Shown one piece after another: positions 24,765 through 37,199 of a stretch of DNA of 64,000 nucleotides. The DNA comes from Moniliella sp. 'wahieum'. Lineage: Eukaryota. Where the stretch lies: NCBI GenBank assembly GCA_003971905.1, contig RSEE01000007.1, positions 930,001 to 994,000 on the forward strand, in the 5' to 3' direction. The position numbers and the translations under genes were made by a program. Positions within the stretch are counted from its first letter, which is position 1. Each line of letters begins with the position of its first letter. The notes below the pieces were generated by a model that was not told where the DNA came from, searched no databases, and was given only the letters and a program-made list of their open reading frames with translations.

Positions 24765-27404
24765 TCACAAGTCCTCGTGGGCGGGCACCGTAGGCTTCTC
24801 TGATGCCGATGACGACGATGAAGAAGCGGACGAGGTAGCCGACGCCGAGGACGAAGCGGTCTGTTTCTTAGGAGGACGCGTCTTAGGAATGCGGCGTTTC
24901 TTGAGCTTTTTGATCTGCTCGGCCAATTTGGTGTGACGCTTTTGCACATCGGCAACCAAGATGACCGGATCTTGCTTGGGGTTGCGCTTGGCCTGGACTT
25001 CCGTCCCCTCAGTGAGCCACTTGTCGTCCTTGTTGATGGAGTTGGACAGCGTGTCCAACTCGGCAGCACTGTACTTGGATGCCGTCCCCTCTGCCACAGC
25101 TTGAGTCAAGTTGGCCTTGGCTTGCGCCACAAACACGCGCGAATCCTCTAGCAGTTCCCGTAGAGAGGCCACCGCCCCAGGCCTGCGGAACGCCTCCTCT
25201 GCCCTCTTCTCCACAGCAGACACTGCCTTCTCCATCTCGGTCAGCCGGAGGCGAAGCACAGCAGCGTCCGCCGCCTCCCCTTCCTCGGCCAAGAAATTGA
25301 GGTTGTCCTCGGCGCCAGTGAGAGCAGTGTTGCGCTCGGCCGATGTCGAGTAGGTCCAGAACTCCGACTCTTGGTCCGCCATTGCCGGGTCGGCCAGTTC
25401 ACGGACACGATAGGCGGCACCCTCTAGCAAGTTGCGCAGCTCCTCGCGTTGGACCCGCCGTTCCTGCTCACGATCAATGGCTTGCAGACGATCCTTGCCC
25501 TTCTTGAGCTGAGGCGCAGCCAGCGGTACATACGGGCCCGTATAGCTCGTCTCTACTTGAAGAGTAAACGTTTTGGGCCGCGTCACCTGCTCGGTCTCGG
25601 TCTCGGTCTCGGAGGTGGTAGAGGTTTCGTTAGCTTCCCCTGTCGGCGTCGGCGTAGCGGCCGCCGAGGACGAAGTAACGCCGAAAAAGCCCTTAAGTGC
25701 AGAAGCGAGGCCACCCTTGGTAGCAGGCGGGTCCACCAGGAGCTGAGCAAAGCCACCAGCAAAAGTGCCAAGCGGCTTGCTTGCAATCGTCACGTTCACA
25801 CTCGTCTTCACGTCCGACATGAGCCCCTGAGACTGCAAATCAGCCAGGGCAGACGAGATTCCAGTAACGTTGATCGTGGCGTACGGCTGACCGTCGGCAC
25901 GGAGCGAAAGGACAAAGTCGTCCTGGGCATCGGCACCAGTATATTGGACCAAGTGGCTCTCGTTCAATGGCGTCCCAGGGCTGATGAGCACAATCGATTC
26001 CTCATGGCCGTCCCGTTGAGCCGAGACAGGGTGGAACGCAGCGTCGAGCGCACTCACACTCTTCATCCGGAATTGGGGGTTGAACGAGGCGCCGTAGAAG
26101 GCGGCCCCCATCACATTCGCCTCGTCGGCATTCACGTTGGCGGCAAAGGAGGTAACACCAGCGTCACGGAGTGCCTGTTGAACCAAAGGAACGCGCGAAT
26201 TGCCCCCCACTAAAACAACCGAGTTCACGTCTTTCAATGCAAGACCCGCACGAGCCAGCGCATCCGTCACAGGCGAGCCAAACTTGACTGTGAGCCCCGC
26301 CGCAAGTGCAGCCTCCTCCAGCTCTTCCCGCGAAATGGTGCCACGCCAATCCGCATCCTCCGCCAATGACTCACGCTGCTTGTGGCGACTGCGTTGGCGG
26401 AGAGGACGTGCTTGACACGCACCGCCTCCCGGAGCAGGCGAGACATGGCCCTCGGGTTCTGCTGTACAGGTGCTGCCAGCGCCTTTCCTGCCGGCGTAGC
26501 TGCAAACTTTTGCGCCAACAGGTCGCGCACCAGTACGTCCAGGGCCAAGCCACCCGCGTTGCGCGACCAGCCGGCGCCCAGCACCTTGAGCGTGGTCGTC
26601 TCTTTGGGCGTCGTACCAATGGAAAGGATGCTGTCGGGTTGAACCTGCTCCGTGCGGAACTCAACAATCGACGCTTGGGTACCGCCGGCACCCGAGTCGT
26701 AGAAAATGTGGCGTTCAGGGGTGGGGAAGGTGCGGGTCAAGGCATACGAAGTTGCGGCCGCCAGACCATCCGATACGAGGCGCGGGCGCATGCCGGCCAA
26801 CTGTGCCGCATCAAACAGCGCTACCCGCTCCCAAGGAGTAAAGTAGACGGGAACATTGAGTACCACATCCAGGCCGCCCAGGCTAGAGGGCATGCTAGAA
26901 GGGTAAGAAGAACGAACTTGCTCCCCCGCGGTCTCTTCGGCCAGCTTGCGCATGTGCGTCAGTTGCATGGCAAGGATTTCTTCGGGTGAAAAGCTCTGCT
27001 CGGAGGTGGCGCGGCGCACTTGGATGGTTCCGTTGGAATGGCGCACGTCAGCGAAATGGAGGGCAGAGTGGAAGGCAGCCGCAGGATCGGCAGCAGGGAG
27101 AGCCGAGCAGGGCCTTGAACGCTGGGAACGAATCATGGGGCACGCGGGACGAAGCAGCATCAGCATCAGATCCAAACAACCTCTCCTCGCCCTTCCAGGC
27201 GACCGAGGAGGCGACCTTGCGCTTGGAGTCGCGTCCCAATACGACATCAAACGGGACACCAGGCTTGATGAGGGCGCCCTTCATGAAGGCCGTGCCATAG
27301 TCGATGGCGACGACGCCCATGGCGTGTGCCGAGGGAGCCAACGCAAGGACAGCGACGAGCGCCAAGAGCGCCGCGAACAACGTGCGCCCAGCGCGGAAGC
27401 CCAT
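24765..27404 (-). CDS. LHS1: ER-lumenal Hsp70-family nucleotide exchange factor GRP170/HYOU1
   Basis: Signal peptide (MGFRAGRTLFAALLALVAVLALAPSAHA), VVAIDYGTAFMKGALIKPGVPFDVVL..DSKRK, FYDSGAGGT, VVLVGGNSRVP and NVNADEA motifs, ending in the ER-retention signal HEDL. Two apparent frameshifts. Confidence 0.92.
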
Positions 27405-27881
27405 TGGAGACAGGGAGCCAAAGTGTGGGCGATGGTGGGCGCTGAGGACGGGTGGGCGCGAGCGCCGTGAAGAAATAATGGCTGCCGGGCGCCACGTGGA
27501 AGAGGCGACAAGGCGCCACGTGGATGGCTGCCACGTCAGCCTGTTCTCCGCCGTTCTTGGCGCTGGTTTCAAATTGCAATCGGGTACGGCCTCTTGCTTA
27601 AAGCTTAACGTCTTAGCGTTAAACGTTAAACCAAGCCCATTGGCAGCTGCTCGGCTCATGATCTCTAACCTGGCTACTTGCCCTTCGAGCCCTCGAGCCC
27701 AGCGGGTTTTCTATTCCAGACAGGACAGAGAGGTGGGATTTTAACGGTAATAGGGGCGAGAGCCAATAGAAAGAGAAGATCGAAAGAGAGCGAAGGGAAG
27801 AGGAAGAGGAAAGAAAAGAAAAGAGAAAAGAAAGAAAAAATGAAAGGGAAAAGGAAGAGAAACGAAGCAGCCCCTGTGCCC

Positions 27882-30685
27882 TCAAAAAATGGGGGCACAG
27901 GCCCGGAGGAGTCCTGGGAACAGAACTGGAGAATAGACACGTCGAGAAGAGGCGAGGCAACCGGTGCCGAAAGGATGCAAACAGGGTTTTTGTGGGTTTG
28001 ATTTTCTGATGGACACAGCCAGAAGCGAGGGATCGGATTCTCCAAAGCAGAAAGGGGTATAGGCAAGGGGCCCAGAGCCCCGCAGGTGCGGGCCCGGGGC
28101 CCAGACGCTAGGCCAGCTCATCCAGAGAAAGAAGGCCGGCTCGAGAGAAGTAAAAGGCTGTGGCTCATCAGGCTCGTCGGCAAGGGGGAAAAACTTGTCA
28201 AGGGGACTGAAGAGCATACCGGCTGAAGGGGCCAGGTGATCCTTGCTGATTGCCCGCGGTTCAACACTCGCGTAAACCGTCTCATCCGAGTCTGACTGGG
28301 GGACGTCGTCCAGGCTGAGTTCGGTTGCTCCCATCGTCTCAGCAACAGGGACAGGTGCAGGCATTCCTTCGTACGGCTGACGAAGGAAGGTAAGCGAAGC
28401 GTCGAACGACTCGCGCCTAAGTACCTTGGGTGTCTGTTGCTTCGCACCTCCAAGAACGTCCAGGCCCGGCTGCGATACCTGGCGCGCCATAGGCCATTCA
28501 CGGTGCGCCTTCCAAGGCGTCGGGGTGGGAGACAAAAGACGCTCCAGCGAGCCGAAAACGCTGGCTCGCATGGCTGACGGCGAACCTGGGACGAGAGTTG
28601 GACTCGGTGTCACGGGCTCCCACACCGAAGGGGATGAAGCAGAGGAAACATCCGCGAGCGAACCGGGCGAAGCCGTGAGGGTGTCCACAGTGAGCTCGGG
28701 AATGATCTGCTCCGACGAGGCCGTCTCGACCTGTGGGGCGGGAGGGCGAGAAGCGCAGGAGAGGTCGACCAATGGAGTGTGGACAGCCTCGTTCAGCACC
28801 AATGGCGAGCAAATCGTCTCACCTAATAGGGAATTATTCTGCTCCACCGACTGCTCTGCCCTGGCCAATGGGCACAGCAGGTTGAGAGAGAAGTTCGGGC
28901 ATTGTGTTTGAGCGTGGTTTGCCCTTGCCCAAGGTTTCCTCTGGGATCGACAGCAGTTCCAGTCCAGCAGTAGCCGTCAGGGGCAACTCTGTGCTCGGCG
29001 ACGGAGGCAGCCTCGCAGGTGCCGTGAGAAAAGGCATCATTGGCATCGGGGTGACGTGGGCGTAGGAAGCAGATCCATTGGGGCGCCCGAAACAAAGAGA
29101 GGCGGTACCAATCCTGTCAACGGCCCGGCCGTAGTACGACGACGGTGGGAAAGTGATGAGACAACATGAGCCTCCTTGTTCGGCCGCAGTCCTTCAAGGG
29201 GTTCCACGGCAGAGCGCTTACGAATCATTTGGCTGGGGTCCGCGTGTGAAGGGCGCTGAGGCAGATCGCACGGTTCAGGAGCAAGGAAGCCTGGACCGGT
29301 GGCGTCCCAGTGAGGAAGGGAGAAGGCTGTCGCTCGGGCAAACCGGTTTAGGGAACGAGTTCATCGGGATCTCAATTCCCGAAGCTCCTCCGGGATGCAG
29401 AGTTCCATGACTTGATCTTGTTGAATTGCCGGGTCTGGTCATTGTACCGGAACTCTGACACGTACAACTGCTGCGTTTCACGATCCCACACTTCGCTCGT
29501 TGGGCGGCCACGGATGTAACGCGTGTAGAACATCACAAAGCAGCGTTCGAGAATGTCTTGAACCTTGTGGTCCACCATGAGCCCAGTTTTGAACACCTCA
29601 TTGGGAATGAATTGGCGCGAGGCGGGATGCACCGTCTCTTCAGGACGATGGTACCAACAGACCGAGACGTAGTATTGCCCAAAGGGGGGCAAAGGGGTTT
29701 GTTGGCCGAAAACGGGATTTCATGCCCCGAACGCGCCTTCTGGAGTACTTTGAAAATTTGACCGACAATGGGTTTGCTTGGATCCGAGGGATTGAGCAGA
29801 TGCACCCAGTCGCCAACGCGATAAGTTTGGCCTTTAAAGTTAACATGATCCAACACCACCTTCTCGCGGTTATGCAAGCGGGCGTGCGAAAGCAAGTCAG
29901 CCGTCGAGGACGCCAGCAGCTCGGAAGAAACTGGGCCAAGAGGAGCATCAGTCACGAAGGGATGCTGCGCCGCCTCTCCCGGACCGACGGGCACTGAGGT
30001 AAAGGGTGTCGGCTGCACTGAAGTGAGGTGAGCAACGGCGTCCATGTGCGCCTCAATCGCCTCCATTGTACTAAGAGCAGGCCAAGCAACGAGCTCAAAG
30101 TAGATATGCTGCAGACGAGCCACTTGCCCATAGGTGGCGGTGCCAATTGGGTTAGTGACGCGGGCGTTGGAGAAGAGGCGCATCATGTCTTGCTCGAACT
30201 CGGCAGGCGAGCCGTAATCCTGGCGGTCAATCTTGGCTTCAATTGCGTGAAGAGACATGGGATAGGAGACCTGAAATAATACAGGAGGGAGAGGTAAGAC
30301 GTGTCAGAGAGCCTCAAGCCCAAATGCCATGCCGCATACGTACCTTGTTGTAGTAATCAGCGTCGGTGTTGGGATCAGGGCACAATGCCAGCTCATGGAG
30401 GGCCATGAACGGGGTCGGGTCCCGGGGGTGACGGGCCGGGGATAGGGTGACCAGATGGTTAACTACCGAGGCGTAGACGGCATGGGCCTGGGCTCGGGCA
30501 GTGTCAGGTGCATCAGAGAGCGGCGGGAGATGAAGCCACCCGAGGTCTGTGGGGCTGGGAGTGCGCACAGCAGAGGGAAGCGGGTGCGAGGGCGGGAGGA
30601 GGCGCGGGACTTGGCCCTGTGTTGGCATCATGCCAGTGGATGGAGCGAGGGAGAAAACGCTGGGGATGGCAGGAGTGGCAGCCAT
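27882..30685 (-). CDS. Bromodomain + BAH-domain chromatin-remodelling subunit (RSC1/RSC2/polybromo-like)
   Basis: Bromodomain (DYYNK/VSYPMSLHAIEAKI...YGSPAEFEQDMMRLFSNARVTN) across intron ~30271-30342, then a BAH domain (YRVGDWVHLLNPSDPSKPIVGQIFK...VCWYHRPEETVH...FIPNEVFKT...CFVMFYTRYIRGRP). The 3' end is low-complexity and uncertain. Confidence 0.8.
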
Positions 30686-31647
30686 GGTGTCGAGCGGGGG
30701 GCGTGAGGAGGCCGTGATCAAACGAATGTGTGGCGAGTGGTGGGAGAGCCGGAGAGGGAAACGCCTGCCGGCAGGCAGGGGACATGGACCAAAAGAATGT
30801 GGGCGGGGCACAGAGGCCAGCGAGTTGGAGAGGAGGGGAAGGCAGAGATTGCCGTCGATTGAAGGCGGCGGGGGCGGTGGGGGTGATGGTGGTGGAGGTG
30901 GTGCAAAAGAGGAGGGCAAGCGAGCAAGCCGTCGCTGGCGCCCCTCACGCGTCACTGTGGCCATCATCGCTCGGGCTGCCCGGTCCCTGTCAGGGCATCA
31001 TGCTTCAGGGCATGACCAGATGATCAATGAGGAAGGGGTCCCGCAGGTACTGTGCCCCCGTGGGCTGCCCCCGACGCGTGACGCGTGACGGGTGAGGAGC
31101 GGGCTGATTAGGTTCAGGCTGAAGCAAGGCGCCAGGGCGCTGTGCCAGTGTCTCCACCGGCATAGGGCCAGTATGATTTGCCGCTGAGCAGACCGACAGT
31201 GGCCCTAAGCCCTACTGGGATGAGTGGGTGTAGGGGGTGAGTGCCGCGAGGACAGTGGGCAGCTGCTGAGCTACATGTCCTGTACGTAGGCAAGGCCAAG
31301 GCAGCACATGGCCAGTGTGTGATCGCCGAGTGGATGCAGGCATCCGCAGCACTGCCCCCGTGCGCCCATCCTCTCGACAGGTGGGCAAAGTGCTAGTCAA
31401 TGTTCAACGTTTCAACCACCAACGACCAACGACCGCAACAGCGTCGCCTCCGATTTGGCCTGCTTTGGGCCTGGGGTAACCGGGAACCGGTAACCGTACC
31501 ACATGTAACGGCTGTAATAGCAACGTGTTTACAATGCTTGGGGCCGGTTGAACCAGTTAGATGATACGCCAATTCAGTCTGCTTCTTGCTAGTTACTTGG
31601 AATACTTCGTTCCCAAGTCCTTCGCGATTTAAAAATTTGATCAAAAA

Positions 31648-31743
31648 AGCTCCAACTGGGATTCGAACCCAGGTTTCGGGAAGATACCAAAGGCGGTGCG
31701 CCCTAGTCAAAATCCCACTTCCTAACCACTGGAAGATCGGAGC
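31648..31743 (-). tRNA. tRNA-Gln(TTG) with ~24-nt intron
   Basis: Reverse complement gives acceptor GCTCCGA/TTGGAGC, D-arm TTCC-AGTGGTTA-GGAA, anticodon stem TGGGA/TCCCG with TT-TTG-A, an intron, and T-arm CTGGG-TTCGAAT-CCCAG. An oligo-T terminator follows immediately. Confidence 0.92.
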
Positions 31744-33441
31744 TTCATGAGCGCAGGTTGTCTGTATACTTTCAACAATGTGGATGCACTGCAATTGGCC
31801 CGTTCTTCGATGTAACAGTGCCCACATCAACACTTTCCTCCCCATCATTGATCAACAGATAAAGAAAAGTACTCCAGCATGAACGAAGATAGTATGGGGG
31901 TTGCCACGTTCAATGCTCACACATAAGAAAAAATTAGCATATATATATTGTGCAAACGCGAGCAATGCCAGCACGGGAAGCGCCAGAAAGACCCGAAGGA
32001 AATAGGACCACAGCCGGCAAAAGACTCCATTGTTCTGCACTACACATTCTACTATGAAAACAGTCTACGACAACGTAACAAGACTGGTTGGCATGCGACT
32101 ATCAGCATGCCAATGACTTTGGGCGGGGGCCATGATGCATGACGTGGGCAACACCCCGAGAGGGGAAGATGGAAACCAACAACACCGCGCGGGCCACAAG
32201 AAGCATCCACCCCCCCCTGCCAGCGATGAAGAAGAAATAACTTTTCTCACAGAGGCATCACCTCCACAACGAACACGAGCTGCCTCTAAAAACGCATACG
32301 CGCCGACCGCGACAAGAATGATCTCCAAGTTAGCGAAACCAAGGTGTCGATCCCGCAGCGCCAATCCCCTGTGCCTTCGAGCAAACTTACGTTGCCTAGT
32401 GGACAAGCAAGCAGAATTAAATCAGGTCTTCGAGTTGCGAAAGGGACTTCAGACCAAGCAAGCTGCCCAAGCGCGTGTAGCATGGCACCTCGGCGGTGAA
32501 TCCAAACCAGGGTCGGTTAACGTGACGAGAAATTCTGCCAAGGCGACCGATCGGAAACGCGCTAGCTACACTAGGCGCCTGGAGTCGGAGAACGAACCCG
32601 CGGACGTCATGCTCCAAAACAATGCAACGAGACGCGAGCATGCGCCCTCACAACCGCATAGTCTGTGAAGTGCAGCTTGTTTACGGTGTTTCTATGACCG
32701 CGGGCCTGCCCGATGCTGTAGGCGTAACGTCTGACCAGATTTCCCCCAACCCAGCCGAATCTTGGGCCGCGGCACTTGCCATGGAGAGAAAGATGGTCAA
32801 CCTCCTGGCCGTGTGGGATGCTCTGTAAGCAGTCGAGAGGCGAGTCGCTTTGGAGGCACACATCTGGATCCACATTAACGTTGGCAGCTGAGGCCATGAC
32901 CGTTTGGCATCTCCCAGAGACTGTTTTACCAGTACGATTTGACCGGCCCGCCCCTTCAACCAGACCCTCCCAATTCTGAGGGGGATCGGCCATCCGTGTT
33001 TTCACACGCCGAGCGAGCACCGCCTTTGCCGCGCGCATGCAGATGAGGTCTGTCACGTGTCACGCCAGCTGAGGCAGGTCTGCGTCCTGGGTGCTGTCTG
33101 TATCACAGCGGACATAAATGTGAGCTGGCAGGAGAGGCGGCGCGGTGTGGAGAAATGGCCTCTTCGTTTGTACAACACTCGATACCAACGTTGGCCCTAC
33201 GATGCGATGTACAGGTAGTGGTACACGAAACAAGAAACAAGAAACAAGTAGGGGGGCGGGTTATTGTTGTTACATGTTACAGGCCATCTGATCTGCTGCG
33301 CTGTGGCGGATTGCGGGGGGTTACGTCAGCGGAAGCCCCGCCTTGCGGCCGTTGTGGATCCGCGGAGCAAGTATGGCTTGAGCGCCGGCTGTGGTTTGCA
33401 GCGTCGATTACCACCACCCACTCCCCCCCTCGTCCAGGACA

Positions 33442-34168
<727 letters not shown>

Positions 34169-35517
34169 TAGTAGGTACATAATATTGATAGGGCGACAAT
34201 TGATATTGGCATGCTGCACATCTCTGCAAAACCTGAATGGAAGGGGGCGTGATGGTGGAGCAGATAGAGGGAGCCAGTCCATTCGCTCGGTTCACCTTCC
34301 ACTGGGTTCTTAGTCTACGGGGAAAGGAGAAAGGGGGATGTGGCGCACACGATTGTGAAATGCGGTGGGGGTGAAATGTTCAAGGCGGCATCCGAAGCAA
34401 AGATATGGGAATGGTTATAATGAGGTCAGTGATGGGGAGTCTCCAGTACTATGTCTCGGGATCTGAACAGTGTTGATCTCCACACTCAACGCGGACTCAG
34501 CACAAAGGCATCAACTGCCCCACCACTGAAGTAGAGTGCTTGTGAATGAGTTGAGGCACAAATACCCCCTCAAAACCTTCTCCTCCCCAAACAGATCCCG
34601 CCTGGCTCATCTACTTCTTCCTCTCTCCTCCTGCGCTATGCACAGAAAGCGCGTGCCCGGGAGTCAAACCTTGGCCATATGACATGGTCACCTCTTCTTC
34701 GTATTGGCCCGAGCACTACTTATCGTTGCTGTGTATTCAGCCTCTGCCTTCCAGGGCGGGTCAGTCCACGATCTCAATGTTTTTGAGGTGGCATTGGCAC
34801 AACATCCCCTATAAGCTTCTGAGCTAAAAATAGGAGAGTATGGAGAGCCCATTTCGGGCTGGGAGGCCTGAAACTGATTTGCTCGGGACTATGACACATC
34901 GTAACACCATGGTGCCACCCCTAGTATCATCGTGTTGTGCATGCCCACCTTCCCTTCTACGGGTAGGTGACATGTGACAGCGTATTCACAAAAAGAGGAA
35001 GTCATCTCACAAAGAAATATGCGCCTTCGCCGTCGACGGCGATTTTCGTCCCACACCTGCGTGTTTTGCCCCCCCCCCTTTCTCTCACAATGCGGGGCCG
35101 AGGGGGGCGCTTAGTCTTAGTCTTAGTAAATTAGTAGGTGGTAACTAATAGCGCAGCATCTTAGAGCTTGAGCCCACAATCGCGTGTTGCAACCAGATGG
35201 TGGGTGGTGTTGATGTGGTGCGCTTCTGCTCGTCCGAAATAGATTGACACGCGGCGCGCTGGTCCGTGCACGTATTGTCCAGGCATGCATGCTTCCCAGG
35301 GCAGGCTTCAAAGGGGCCCCAGCGCGCAGAGGGGCAGTGCGGCCGAGCGTCCCAACGGTGAGAGGCACAGGGGCAGTGTCTAACCGGTTTTTTGAGCCGC
35401 TCCGACCCCCTCAGCGCTCAGCGGCCTCAGCGCAGGCTTCATCGATCACAGGGAGGACCTTAGCGATCATTGATATTGCTCGCACCCGCACTCCTGTCCC
35501 CCACCACCACCTTGATC

Positions 35518-36558
35518 ATGTCCTCGTCGTCGTCCGAAAAGCTGTCGCACTCGTGTGCGCCCGGCACCCAGCTCGGCTTTATTGGCCTTGGAAACATGGG
35601 CTCCGCCATGGCTCTGAACCTGGCGTTGGGTGTGCTGCAAGCCGAGCCGCCTTTGCCGCCACTCAAGGTGTTCAACCGCACCAACGCCAAGGCGGAGAAG
35701 CTGGCCGCTGCGGTGGCAGCCCAAGGTGGTAAGGTGGTAATTGCCTCGTCGATTGCCGAGGTGGTACAGACGTGCCAGGTTGTCTTTACTTCGCTTACTG
35801 GCGACGAGGCTGCGATGAATGTGTATGAGGCCATGTGCGACGCCGACGCCAAGCACCGCCACGCTTCGGACAGCCATGCCACCACCCACACCGTCTGGGC
35901 TGACACGTCGACGATCTATCCTGACACGACGGGTGCGATTGAGCGCAAAGTCTCCTCCTTGCCCCAGCGCAGCTTCGTCGCCACTTCGGCCTTTGGTCCG
36001 CCCCCCGTGGCGCGCGCCAAGCAGCTGATCTTTGCCATGGGGGGAAACTGGCGGGCGAAGCAGCTCCTCTCGCCTTTCCTTGTGCCTTACATGGGCCGGA
36101 AGATTATGGACTTGGGGGGCAACCACGAGGTGGCGGCCCGGTTCAAGCTTCTGGGCAACTCGTTTATCCTGGGCCTGATTGAACTCCTGGGCGAGTCAAT
36201 GACGTTGGCAGACAAGACGGACGTGGGCGCGAGCCGGTTTTACGACTTTATTCAAGAAATGTTCCCTGCCTATCCGGCCGTATCATACGGCAAGAAAATC
36301 CTCGACTCGAACTTTCGCGGGGAAGACGGGTTTAGTTTGTCGGGCGGTATCAAGGATGCGAATTTGATCCGACGTTTGGCCAACTCGGTCGACTGCCCCG
36401 TCAATGTGATTGACTCGGCCAACTCGCATATGATTGCGGCACGGGCCAATGCTCCGCCCGACGCGGAACTGGACTGGTCCGCGCTCGTCGCTGGACAGAG
36501 GCTAACTGCAGGCTTGGACCCTTGGAAGGGCAAGCGCCCTGGTTTGCTGCGCGATTAG
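35518..36558 (+). CDS. NAD(P)-dependent beta-hydroxyacid dehydrogenase (3-hydroxyisobutyrate/6PGD-like family)
   Basis: Rossmann LGFIGLGNMGSAMA, VFNRT, DTSTIYP, FVATSAFGPPP, catalytic FKLLGNSF and GFSLSGGIKDA motifs. Intact single ORF. Confidence 0.88.
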   Translation: MSSSSSEKLSHSCAPGTQLGFIGLGNMGSAMALNLALGVLQAEPPLPPLKVFNRTNAKAEKLAAAVAAQGGKVVIASSIAEVVQTCQVVFTSLTGDEAAMNVYEAMCDADAKHRHASDSHATTHTVWADTSTIYPDTTGAIERKVSSLPQRSFVATSAFGPPPVARAKQLIFAMGGNWRAKQLLSPFLVPYMGRKIMDLGGNHEVAARFKLLGNSFILGLIELLGESMTLADKTDVGASRFYDFIQEMFPAYPAVSYGKKILDSNFRGEDGFSLSGGIKDANLIRRLANSVDCPVNVIDSANSHMIAARANAPPDAELDWSALVAGQRLTAGLDPWKGKRPGLLRD

Positions 36559-37199
36559 CCCCCCACCCACCCGCCCTTCTTCCCTTTCTTGACTTGCACC
36601 CACCGCTAAGTTCTGCCCGCTAGGTTTCCTGCTTGTTGCATGAGAGGGATTCGATTGTGCGATGGGACTGAAACGTCTGTTGGGGGAAGGCTTCTGGATG
36701 TGGGCATGTTGAGCGTAATTTCCATTTCTGCTTTTCCGGCTTATACTGGCAGCTCTTGGCTCCGCTGCTGGGCTAGGCACAATCCAAGTTGGTGTGCTGG
36801 GGGCGACCAGTGCTTTCTCACAGGGATTGGACTAAGAGAGAAAAAAGAAGAGAAGCGGGCACAGAGCAAAAATAATCAAGTTGGTAGTGCAGGCCGGTCT
36901 AGCCGGGAGAAGACAAGAGGAGGAATCAATTAGGCAGACGAGGAGGGCCCTGGATACATAGATAGACAGGGCGTGATGCGGCACAAGAAGAGGGGTAGCC
37001 AAGCAGCAACGAAACCAAGGCGGGGGGCCCACGAACGCCGGGGCCCCTACCCCCGCGTTTCAGGTAAATAGGAAATGCGATGAATCTGACTCACTCGGCA
37101 GGTTGGGAGAGAGAGAGCGCGATAGCCGGGGGAAGGGGGGGGGGGGTTCAATAGAGATGGATATGGCTGGCAGCTTGGGGGCAGGTCGGGCCGTACACG

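Noticed and set aside
34400..34500. GTGATG...CTGA resembling a C/D-box snoRNA
   Set aside because: Box C is imperfect, there is no terminal stem, and no recognisable rRNA-complementary guide.
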